Positions 7,701 to 15,112 of a stretch of DNA of 20,676 bases are shown here, in pieces. Position 1 is the first letter of the stretch, and every line of letters begins with the position of its first letter. Under the pieces are notes generated by a model that had not been told where the DNA came from, made no database searches, and was given only the letters and a program-made list of their open reading frames with translations. Both the position numbers and the translations under genes were made by a program. Source of the DNA: Fibrobacterota bacterium (GTDB taxonomy: Bacteria > Fibrobacterota > Fibrobacteria > UBA11236). The DNA lies in NCBI GenBank assembly GCA_043753995.1, contig JAYUVP010000182.1:1-20676 (forward strand). The letters are read 5' to 3'.

Positions 7701-8797
7701 CCAAACCCTGGGAAGAAACTTTGATTCTGGCGCAAAACTCTTGGGGAGAAAACCCTCCCCCGCTGGTGGGTTATGGTTTGCGCTTTGCTCCTTGTCCTTG
7801 GCCAGAATCCGGATCGCCGACACATTATCTCTGGCGCCGCGAGGGAGCTAAAACCCAATGGGGCGCCGCGCTCGCCACCGTGCTCAGCCGCGAAGCCGCG
7901 CCACAGCTTTCCGCCTGGGATCCACAAGAGCGCCTGGCCTCCTGGCTGCGACGACGATTTGAAACCGTGGCTGCTGCGGCCAAGGTTCCTCACGATGTTA
8001 TTTCTGACACGAAACATTGGAGTGAATGGCTCGCTCGTTTTTGGTTGCCGAGCCGCTTCGCCGGTTTGGGGAATTGCGAGGAGTGCCTCCATCATTTGGA
8101 AAAGGAATGGAAAGCACCCAAGGTCAGCTTCAACAATAAGGCCGCGGCGAAAACTTTCAAAGACTTACAACCCTTGCATGCCGCCGCTGGTGGTGCCGAA
8201 AGCGCAGCGGCTTGGCTGCTTTTTCTCGGATCGGCAGCCTTGGGTCCCGAAGCCATGCTGCGTGCCGCGCCCTATTTCGATTCTGGTGCCGATCCTGCTC
8301 CGGGATCTTGGGTGCATGCCCTGCAGCGACTCAAAGCGGCTTGGAGCACGCCTGCGACGCGTGAAGCCCTGATGCAACTCAATTCTATTGCAGGCGCCGC
8401 GAGTCTCGCTCTCGAAGCCTCCTTCGACTCAGCATGGGAAAAGCTCATTCCCGAAAACTGGACGACCTGGGAAAAAGGATTGCAGGGAAATCCCGTAAGC
8501 ATATCCCCTACCGCCACTGCCCGAAGTTTTAAAGCGGAAGCAGAAAGTCTTCGATCGGCTATGCGAACTCTTGCCTTATTGCCACAACATTGGCCACAAG
8601 GCTGGAGCGAGGCCCTCGATCGCTTCGGAGCTGGACAGGCCGATGCGTCCATACAGCTCAAGCTTCTCGCTTATGCCGCTCGCGAGGGATTGAAAAGACA
8701 GGCACGTAAAATAAACGTTCAGGAAACAGTCGCAAAAACCGCTCATAATTCCGAAAGCCTAAAAGATCTGCGCAATCGTTTTAAAAAATTAGGGTGA
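4709..8797 (+). CDS. hrpA: HrpA-like DEAH-box ATP-dependent RNA helicase (about 1362 aa)
   Basis: GTGSGKST, TQPRRLAA, MTDGVLL, DEAHERSLNID, SAT, LATNIAETSLTIPGI, QRAGRAGR, HA2 (SDFIALLKLW), OB (FLHPGS) and the start of a DUF3418-like region. Confidence 0.92.
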   Translation: MNSPWSFTYPDLPVAQKRDLVIEAVTKHRVVIVEGGTGSGKSTQLPKILVEMGVLNKGLLGVTQPRRLAALALTDRLREETGLDDLTGSQIRFHEDMPKGARIKVMTDGVLLQEYRRDPLLRRYDAVILDEAHERSLNIDILLGVGLEICRQRADFKWIVASATLDAERFQNYFASVPGGAALLRVEGRQFPVTIEYLDPGEGWRDPEEDEDHADHAAAGLTPLEAAGTVIRDLIMSRPDDLLCFLPSEKEINELSRELEKSLGNRCVILPLYGRLSPAEQRRVYQSHAKPKVVLATNIAETSLTIPGIAYVVDTGTARIARYHAQTRIQGLPIEKIAQASAAQRAGRAGRVKPGLCIRLYREDDFKTRPEWPEPEILRGNLTNVVLQLLSLKLPVLDFPFLDPPAPAALKGAYRRLQELGAVAGEGEAMELTEEGWRMSRLPVDAALAKILLSAEAMGTLPSAMVVAAGLTVQDPRFLPMDEPERGKAVGLHRRFDDARSDFIALLKLWTWVQREWRDGISQRRLRRLCQDNFLSYLRLREWMDLVEQFSRLLPGKSDPAQLDLTKLDQDALHKAILSGFLAHMARRRANEPSYRLVGDKEAFLHPGSGLSKRKPEWIVAGEVRQTSRAFIQRACEIQPGWVEEIAPDAVKRSYTEVAWNPERGFVEATERVSYRSFILRQDRRVDYARIEPEECAEIFWREGVLRAADAGPFPFLQANQAVLASLERHENRIRRRGLAPDEDALLAFYRERAPGVNSRVTLKRFLEASPANEKALQLRAEDFETEEWRQRWQSQAQAVLPKPLGAPPAISPAGHRNLPGTSHPLDALFPETLRLGEHTARVSCRFDFGQEIDGVSLEAPLGAASACTVYALWQALPGWRLWVLSWWAEKLAAKESIALEKGEGDLLRAWQFAGEAMADQAGLSPILALSQALKDPAFAAFPAQPVWPVAWPPHLKLRLYFTASSGRRLLLTLDPGTCEAERLLQLSEALHGREASAKPWEETLILAQNSWGENPPPLVGYGLRFAPCPWPESGSPTHYLWRREGAKTQWGAALATVLSREAAPQLSAWDPQERLASWLRRRFETVAAAAKVPHDVISDTKHWSEWLARFWLPSRFAGLGNCEECLHHLEKEWKAPKVSFNNKAAAKTFKDLQPLHAAAGGAESAAAWLLFLGSAALGPEAMLRAAPYFDSGADPAPGSWVHALQRLKAAWSTPATREALMQLNSIAGAASLALEASFDSAWEKLIPENWTTWEKGLQGNPVSISPTATARSFKAEAESLRSAMRTLALLPQHWPQGWSEALDRFGAGQADASIQLKLLAYAAREGLKRQARKINVQETVAKTAHNSESLKDLRNRFKKLG

Positions 8798-8892
8798 GCT
8801 TGGGTTTAAATCCCCCGAGATTTGATACCGAGTTAACTCGTAAAAAAAACCGACAAGCCTTATTCTTTAAGTGTCCATCGGAGGCTTATTCT

Positions 8893-9180
8893 ATGCGAGC
8901 ATTTGGGATCATGACGGTCGGCGCCTTGGCCTTGGTCCTCGGATTCAATCTGACTGGGTGTTCCAACACCCAACCCAAATCTGCCCGCAATCTCGCTCTC
9001 ATCGAGGCTTCTCGAAAAGGCAATGTCAAAAAGGTCCAATCCCTAATACGCAATGGCGCTGACGTGAATGCCACCGACAAAGAAGGCTGGACGCCGTATT
9101 TGGCCGCGTCTACCGCCGGGAATTGGGATGTCATGCGCGTATTGCAAGATCATCACTGCAAAACCGACCCCGGTTTTTGA
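8893..9180 (+). CDS. Small ankyrin-repeat lipoprotein (95 aa)
   Basis: GGAGG RBS. Signal peptide with lipobox LTGC. Two ankyrin repeats (ALIEASRKGNVKKVQSLIRNGADVNATDKEGWTPYLAASTAGN). Confidence 0.85.
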   Translation: MRAFGIMTVGALALVLGFNLTGCSNTQPKSARNLALIEASRKGNVKKVQSLIRNGADVNATDKEGWTPYLAASTAGNWDVMRVLQDHHCKTDPGF

Positions 9181-10118
9181 TTCCAGGCTCGGCCTAGCGC
9201 GTCGAGATAAACCCCATTTTTCTGCTGTCCTGCGCTAACTTCGAATGCGCTCTTGTCCCGACCTGACCGCGATGTTTTGAGCGACACCGGCGTGAAGGAC
9301 ACCGTTTCCATTTCATAAAGAATATGACCTACGGGCATGCCGTCTTGATCGAGGTTGTCTTCCCGTGTGAGCCTTCCCAAACCGTCATAAGTCGACCGTG
9401 TTTCACGCGCAAACCAAGAGCCGTCATTGCGCCGCAACTGCACCCGTTCCGCCAGAGTTTTGCCCTCGGCATTGATTCGCTTCACTCGTTGCTCGACGCT
9501 GTCACGACCGGCGGCCAAGGTCAAGGTGGTGTCCATGAGTCCGTCGCTCGACCAAAAATGCAAGACCCTCTGATAAACCGTATCCATGCGCTTTTCCTCG
9601 GCCATGTTCAGGCGATTATCGCTGCCATAGCTATTAAGCAATAAGGAAATCAGATTTCCCGAAGTATCGGCTGCTTCGACTTTTTCAACCTGACCATCGC
9701 TCCTAAGAGTGTAGCGAATCACACGTATGCGCAAACTCGGAGGCGCGGCGACGTCTTGAATCACCAATTGGGTCAAGCGACCTTTGCCGTCATAAACCAA
9801 GTCACTGCGACGCACCAAATGCGCCAAGGAATCATAGGCGTCAACGCGAAGGGAATGGCCTTGGGTATCGTAAATCTGTTCGGTCAAAATTCGGGCGCCT
9901 TCGCCCTCGCCTTCGAATTGGCGGGCACGCAAATGGCCACCGTCGACTTGTGCCCAAGATTGAGTGATCAGGCGAATCGTTGTATTGGCCGTGTCCTTAT
10001 AAACGATGCGCGTCACCAGAGTGGTGTCGCGCGCCGCAACCGGCAAGGCAATAGCCCCTAGGAGGACGAAAGCCCAAGCGGCCAAGGCTTTGGCTCGCGC
10101 ACAGGAACGAGAAGGCAT
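9153..10118 (-). CDS. Secreted protein with YD/RHS-like repeats (321 aa)
   Basis: N-terminal signal peptide (WAFVLLGAIALPVAA). Repeats YDTQGH, YDSLAH, YDGKGRLT, YGSDNRL, YDGLGRLTRE. Basic tail ending YLDALGR. Confidence 0.7.
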   Translation of the reverse strand: MPSRSCARAKALAAWAFVLLGAIALPVAARDTTLVTRIVYKDTANTTIRLITQSWAQVDGGHLRARQFEGEGEGARILTEQIYDTQGHSLRVDAYDSLAHLVRRSDLVYDGKGRLTQLVIQDVAAPPSLRIRVIRYTLRSDGQVEKVEAADTSGNLISLLLNSYGSDNRLNMAEEKRMDTVYQRVLHFWSSDGLMDTTLTLAAGRDSVEQRVKRINAEGKTLAERVQLRRNDGSWFARETRSTYDGLGRLTREDNLDQDGMPVGHILYEMETVSFTPVSLKTSRSGRDKSAFEVSAGQQKNGVYLDALGRAWNQKPGSVLQ

Positions 10119-10157
10119 GCAGGGATTCTAGCCCCTGGTCAGGTCATTTGCCTAGTC

Positions 10158-11063
10158 TCAATGCCGGTGTGGCTTACCGTTGCCATGCCTGTGGGAATGA
10201 CCATGGGAATGGGTCGGCTTCACCTTGGCAGGATTGGCTGTGTCCGCCGAGTCCGAAGCTTCGGGCGGCCGCAAAGGGCTGAAGGATTCCTCCCTCTTAG
10301 GCGTAATTCCTAATACACCCGGCGAAAGGACGCCGTCTAAATGGGAAGAGTCGGGTACGGATTCCTCGTGGCTTTCGTCGTGGTCATGCTCGCCGCCTCG
10401 GAAATAGCCATTGAGCTGATAGCCGAAAAGAGCTAATCCCGCGATCAGCAAGAGGGCATTCGCGGCACCGCCAAATTTCTTGAAGGAGGGCGTCTTCCGC
10501 CAAATGGCAAGCAAGGCCGTCAACACCGACAAGGCCGCGACCTGGCCCAGCTCCACGCCTACATTGAAAGACAGGATGCGCGCCAATAATCCCTGGGCGG
10601 GCAAAGGCATTTCCTGTAGCCGGGTCGAGAGTCCAAAACCATGGATGAGCCCGAAAACGAAAATCATCGAAAGTAAATGAGGCGATCCCACCTTTAAATA
10701 TTTTCGGAATCCGTCCAAATTATCGAAAGCCTTATAGCAAACACTGAGGGCAATCACCGCGTCCACCAAATAGGAGTTTGCCGTAATTTCCAAAAAGGTG
10801 GCCAGCACCAGAGTAATGCTATGACCCAAGGTAAAGGCGGTGATGAATTTGAGAATGTCCTTGAGGCCTGCCAAATAAAAGATCACGCCGAAAAGGAAAA
10901 GGAGATGGTCATAGCCCGTGACCATGTGAATGGCCCCAAGCCACAGATAACGAAGGTTACCCCCTTCCAAAATGGCTTGCTTGTCAGCCTCCGAAATACC
11001 ATGGGCTTGGGACAGCGAAGCCAGAACCAGGATTAGCAGAATAGACGTGACGGTTTTGAGCAT
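10158..11063 (-). CDS. HupE/UreJ-family metal (Ni/Co) uptake protein with His-rich C-terminus (301 aa)
   Basis: Signal peptide then AH, HMVTGYDHLLFL, TAFTLGHSITL, FGLIHGFGL, SFNVGVELGQ. Tail HDHDESH...HSHGHSHRHGNGKPHRH. Confidence 0.9.
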   Translation of the reverse strand: MLKTVTSILLILVLASLSQAHGISEADKQAILEGGNLRYLWLGAIHMVTGYDHLLFLFGVIFYLAGLKDILKFITAFTLGHSITLVLATFLEITANSYLVDAVIALSVCYKAFDNLDGFRKYLKVGSPHLLSMIFVFGLIHGFGLSTRLQEMPLPAQGLLARILSFNVGVELGQVAALSVLTALLAIWRKTPSFKKFGGAANALLLIAGLALFGYQLNGYFRGGEHDHDESHEESVPDSSHLDGVLSPGVLGITPKREESFSPLRPPEASDSADTANPAKVKPTHSHGHSHRHGNGKPHRH

Positions 11064-11270
11064 TTCCGTCAAAGTAGCTTGCTTGATTTTCGAAGGCTGA
11101 GGTTGAACCCCATCCACCCGCCTAAGCGCTCCGGCTTTAAATCACTAGAGCAAGGAAGGGGGGCGGGCCAGCTCCGAGAGTCGAAAAGGGTCCGTTTCCT
11201 TCAAAACGGCGAATATTCGTGGCCACAGATTTCTCGACTGAGATTATGATACCGCCGGGAGGGAATTTCG

Positions 11271-12353
11271 ATGAACGGCAAATTCAATAAAATGGCTTAT
11301 GGGTGCGCAGCACTTGCGGCTTTGGTGGTTTCAACGACGGCACAAGCGCAATCCAATGTGACGTTAACCTTGCAAGTAGGCGGGAAAACTCGCCATACGG
11401 TCTTTCACGTCCCGGCAGGTGCTGAAAAACCCGCAGTGGTTTTTTTCATTCATGGTGCCAATGGGAGCGGCCCCAATTTCAAAACAGAAACTCGCGGAGA
11501 TGCGGCAGCCGATCGCGATAAATTCATCGCGGTCTACCCCAGCGCCTCAAGCAATGGTAATGCGGGAGTCTGGGAGGACATGCAAGGTACTGGAAATTTC
11601 CCCTTCTTTTTCGCCGTACTCGATACCCTGGATGCGCGTTATAAGATTGACCGCAATCGGGTTTACATGACCGGCTTCTCGCAGGGCGGCTTCATCAGCT
11701 TTGCTGCCGGGTGTTTTTATTCCGACAAGTTTGCCGCCATCGCACCCGCTTCGGGACATACCATGGCCAATTGCACAATCAAACGTCCCGTACCCGTTTT
11801 CCTGACTTTTGGAGCCACCGAAGGTATCCCCTCGTTTCAAAAAGACATCGACTCTTGGGTGAAATGGAATGATTGCCCAACGACATTCAAAACGGTAGCC
11901 CCATTCCCAGCCTCCAATGCAAACTCTAAGGCGACTTTGAATAGCTATGGCCCCTGTAAAGAGGAAAGCATGGTGCTCATGAATTCCATAGGCAGCCAAG
12001 GGCATCAATGGCCCAGCTCGAACAATATGGTCTTGGCAGATGAAGCCTGGACATTCTTCAAGAAATACTCACTCCCGACCGGGACCTCGATTGCGCCACA
12101 GGACGTCTCTCAAAATGGAAACAAGGGACACCTTGCTTTCAAGGCAGGCCTCTTGCGTTTAGAGGGTTTGGAAACCTCAGCCCAAATCGTCGTCACCGAT
12201 ATGTCTGGGAAGTTGGTTGCATCGCAGCATGTCGGCAAAAGCTTGAATGCGGGCATTCATGAAATGGAATTCGCGGGGCATGCCCCAGGCGTGTATCAGG
12301 CTACCATTCGCGAAGCCGGAAAAACCTGGTCGAAAAATTTCGTCATACCTTAA
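11271..12353 (+). CDS. Secreted alpha/beta-hydrolase esterase (LpqC/PHB depolymerase/CE1-like) with T9SS-type C-terminal domain
   Basis: GGGAGG RBS. Signal peptide AQA|Q. FFIHG, IDRNRVYMTGFSQGG nucleophile, GHQWP His. CTD IVVTDMSGKLV...PGVYQATI...SKNFVIP. Confidence 0.85.
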   Translation: MNGKFNKMAYGCAALAALVVSTTAQAQSNVTLTLQVGGKTRHTVFHVPAGAEKPAVVFFIHGANGSGPNFKTETRGDAAADRDKFIAVYPSASSNGNAGVWEDMQGTGNFPFFFAVLDTLDARYKIDRNRVYMTGFSQGGFISFAAGCFYSDKFAAIAPASGHTMANCTIKRPVPVFLTFGATEGIPSFQKDIDSWVKWNDCPTTFKTVAPFPASNANSKATLNSYGPCKEESMVLMNSIGSQGHQWPSSNNMVLADEAWTFFKKYSLPTGTSIAPQDVSQNGNKGHLAFKAGLLRLEGLETSAQIVVTDMSGKLVASQHVGKSLNAGIHEMEFAGHAPGVYQATIREAGKTWSKNFVIP

Positions 12354-12471
12354 CAGGTGGGGTAGCGAAGGCCGACCGGGCTTGCACTCGACAATCAGGC
12401 CGGAGCGAGGGGCGGGGGCGTCGGCAGGAAGCGGCACTGCCCCTTTGTAAATCCTAGGTTCAAAACCGGCT

Positions 12472-13134
12472 TCACAAGCGGGAATGGGCCAATTCCATTT
12501 TGCGCTTTTCCAGATACGGGTTGACCGGCAAAGGGCCGGCACTGGGCAATGCATCGTGGAAGGTATAGCCGAAAGCCTTGATTTCAGGGCGGGAAATGTG
12601 GCGCACCAATTCCTCGGTTTCGGGATTGTAATAGCCTTGATATTCCGGATCGCGATCGGAAGCATTGCTACGCGGTAACTCCCCGGTTAAGCCCATGAGC
12701 CGGGCAACAAGTTGGAAATCCCGATCCAAATGCTCGAAGCGACCCACAAAATCCATGAGGCAGCGCCCATGATAATCTTGGATGAAATGACATTGATCAC
12801 CGAGAATACCGCGCTTTTCAGCCCTCAGTTCCAGAAATTCCTCGAAGGTCATTTCCTTATTCCATTTCACCGATTCATGGCCGCGGTGATACCATTCACG
12901 TTTGTATTGATACATGGAAACTTCCAAATCCCATGGATTGCGCACAAAGGCAAACTTAAAGTAGGAGTTGAAGATTTCCGGCAGGGCGCGGCGCGCATCC
13001 AAGGCCGTGGCATGACTGGTCAGGCCATATTCTTCGCCAGCATCCGCAAAGGGCTTGAGTGCCAATTGCACGCTAGTGCCACCCGTTTTGGGTATGTGAA
13101 TGAAAATGAATTTGAAGCGGTGGGAAATCAGCAT
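12472..13134 (-). CDS. Sulfotransferase family 2 protein (220 aa)
   Basis: MLISHRFKFIFIHIPKTGGTS (5'-PSB loop), FAFVRNPWD.EVSMY (3'-PB motif), DFVGRFEHL, and C-terminal FGYTF. GAGG RBS. Confidence 0.9.
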   Translation of the reverse strand: MLISHRFKFIFIHIPKTGGTSVQLALKPFADAGEEYGLTSHATALDARRALPEIFNSYFKFAFVRNPWDLEVSMYQYKREWYHRGHESVKWNKEMTFEEFLELRAEKRGILGDQCHFIQDYHGRCLMDFVGRFEHLDRDFQLVARLMGLTGELPRSNASDRDPEYQGYYNPETEELVRHISRPEIKAFGYTFHDALPSAGPLPVNPYLEKRKMELAHSRL

Positions 13135-13198
13135 AATGGCCTCGGGAGCGGGGTTTAAGGAATAGGGCTCCTTTCGCAACACGTGCGGGATAGGGTCT

Positions 13199-13226
13199 TC
13201 ATCGGAAAAAACTCAAAGGGACTTGA
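13199..13226 (-). promoter_or_regulatory. Sigma28-type promoter upstream of the sulfotransferase
   Basis: Minus strand TCAAG (13226-13222), 15 nt, TCCGATGA (13206-13199). Same spacing as the flgM promoter, and shares CTCAAGTCCCTT with it. Confidence 0.72.
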
Positions 13227-13240
13227 GGAGTATTTATCCG

Positions 13241-14599
13241 TTAACCGCTGGCGAGAAAATCGAGCACGGCGGGATCGACTAGGATGTCGGTGGGCGTGAG
13301 GGGTCTCACCAAGCTGAGACCTTCCAAGGTGGTGCAGCGGCTCAAAGCCACATAGGCTTGGCCGGGAGCGAAAGCGCCGCGCCCCATATCGATGCGCACG
13401 CGCTCCAAGGTGAGGCCCTGAGCCTTATGTATGGTCACCGCCCAAGCCGCCCGCAGGGGAAACTGGGTGAAGTTACCTATGGGCTTGGCTTCGATATTTC
13501 CGCTCGCAGCATCGGTTTGATATTGCAAGCTCGACCATGTTTCACGCACCACCGGAACCGGTGGCAAATGATCGCGTCCGGCAATGGCGACAAAGACTTG
13601 ATCGGGTTCCAGGCTCGTCACCGTGCCCAGAGTGCCATTCACCCATAGGCGTGAAGCGTGATTGCGTACGAAGAGCACTTGAGCTCCGACCTTGAGCTGC
13701 AAAAGGGGGTCTGCGGGCATATGGGTCGGATCGCATTGACCTTCGATGCGGGCAGGGTAACGCACAGGTAGACCTGGTAGGGACTGCAATTTTTCGAGAT
13801 TACAGGCTTGAGCCGCTTGCACCGTGGCGGTTAGCATCACCTCGGGAAGGCGAGGCGGGTCGACGCTTGCATCTTCAACCTCCGATGCATCGCTCAACCT
13901 GTTCGGCGAAGCCAACTCGCCACGGGAGGCCCGGAGATTGAGTGAATCCAAATCCTCAGCCTCCGTGTCTCCCCGGCGCAAGGCATCGAGCAAAGCCACG
14001 AAGCTCGCGTCGCGTTGGCGATAAACGCGGCGCAAATGCACCTGGGTCAATTTCAAACGACGAAAGGCGGCGGCCTGGAAAAACCAAGGCCCTTCCCAGA
14101 ATCCGCCATAGAGTGGGGCCTCCGAAGGCGTAAGCACCGGGGGCAATTGATGCAAGTCCCCGAAAAGCAAAAGCCTGACGCCGCCAAAAGGCAAGCCTTT
14201 CTGGGGGCCATAGCGGCGCAGCAGGGAATCCATGGCATCGATGATATCGGCGCGTACCATGGAGATTTCGTCGATGATGAGGGTGTCGAGGGAGCGAAAG
14301 GATGGCTGTGCAAAGAGACGCTCGACTTCGTGAGGAAACAAAATACGCGGTGGCAATCGGAAAAAGCTATGCAGGGTTTGTCCGCCGATTTGCAAAGCCG
14401 CCGAACCGGTAGGCGCAAGTATCACGGCTTTCGGTAAAAGCTCCCGTCGCACCCAGCGCAATAGGGTTGATTTGCCGCTGCCGGCACGGCCCGTGATGAA
14501 TAGGGGATCGCGTGTATCGCGAATGCGTTCCCAGGCTTCGGAGAAATCGGGATTGAAATCCAAGGGCTCAGAGGAGGAGCCTTCGGGAGGGCCGTTCAC
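13241..14599 (-). CDS. Pif1/RecD-like SF1B DNA helicase (452 aa)
   Basis: TGRAGSGKST, LAPTGSAA..IGGQTLHSFF, IIDEISMVRAD, FGDLHQLPPV, QFPLRAAWAVTIHKAQGLT, GQAYVALSR. GTG start overlaps the upstream TGA. Confidence 0.92.
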   Translation of the reverse strand: MNGPPEGSSSEPLDFNPDFSEAWERIRDTRDPLFITGRAGSGKSTLLRWVRRELLPKAVILAPTGSAALQIGGQTLHSFFRLPPRILFPHEVERLFAQPSFRSLDTLIIDEISMVRADIIDAMDSLLRRYGPQKGLPFGGVRLLLFGDLHQLPPVLTPSEAPLYGGFWEGPWFFQAAAFRRLKLTQVHLRRVYRQRDASFVALLDALRRGDTEAEDLDSLNLRASRGELASPNRLSDASEVEDASVDPPRLPEVMLTATVQAAQACNLEKLQSLPGLPVRYPARIEGQCDPTHMPADPLLQLKVGAQVLFVRNHASRLWVNGTLGTVTSLEPDQVFVAIAGRDHLPPVPVVRETWSSLQYQTDAASGNIEAKPIGNFTQFPLRAAWAVTIHKAQGLTLERVRIDMGRGAFAPGQAYVALSRCTTLEGLSLVRPLTPTDILVDPAVLDFLASG

Positions 14600-15036
14600 G
14601 CGCTTTGCGCGGTGGCTGACCGTTTCCGGCGCAAAGTAGGCGAGGGCAAGTCGAGTGGCTCCAAGGCCAATTCACCGGATTGCGGAGCTTGGTCTTGGAC
14701 TATGCCCTTGGCATCGCGAACCAAGTCGCAAAGCAATTCGGGGGCGTGTATGTCGGACCAAGCTGAAGCCATCAACTCGCGCCCCGTCTCAGCCAGGGGA
14801 CCTCCCGCTTGCTCGTGGGCAATGGCGGCCTGCATTAAGTCTTCGGCGCGAGCCAAGTAATAAAGCCAGTCCCCGTCGTCGCGACGCTCCAGGAAAAAGC
14901 TCTGGCTTTGCATGCCTTCACGCGTGAAAGCCTGGGTCACTTCTGAGTTACGCAACCCCAGTTCGCGTACGAATTGAATCACCTTGGAGGTGGTGCCTGG
15001 CTTGAGGCGTATGCGCAAAAGCTGTAACTGGGACAT
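14596..15036 (-). CDS. DUF6176-like protein (146 aa)
   Basis: RIRLKPG...EV...F.REGM..QSFFLE...DGDWLYYLARAED pattern recalled from DUF6176. Stop overlaps the helicase start (GTGA). Confidence 0.7.
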   Translation of the reverse strand: MSQLQLLRIRLKPGTTSKVIQFVRELGLRNSEVTQAFTREGMQSQSFFLERRDDGDWLYYLARAEDLMQAAIAHEQAGGPLAETGRELMASAWSDIHAPELLCDLVRDAKGIVQDQAPQSGELALEPLDLPSPTLRRKRSATAQSA

Positions 15037-15112
15037 GAACCAATTGTAGCAAGCGGATGCATTCATGGGTATCACAAATAAATCCCAGTTGGGATTCGAA
15101 TCTATCATCGCC

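Noticed and set aside
4742..8372. Long alternative-frame ORFs (4742..5680, 6741..7568, 7773..8372) and similar ORFs over other genes
   Set aside because: They are shadows of well-supported genes in GC-rich DNA, with no motifs of their own.
9153..10118. RHS polymorphic toxin
   Set aside because: Too short, with no DPxG core-end motif, no toxin domain and no co-oriented immunity gene.
12354..12471. GC-rich gap between the convergent esterase and sulfotransferase genes as an sRNA or terminator
   Set aside because: No clean stem with a U-tract and no recognisable RNA family.
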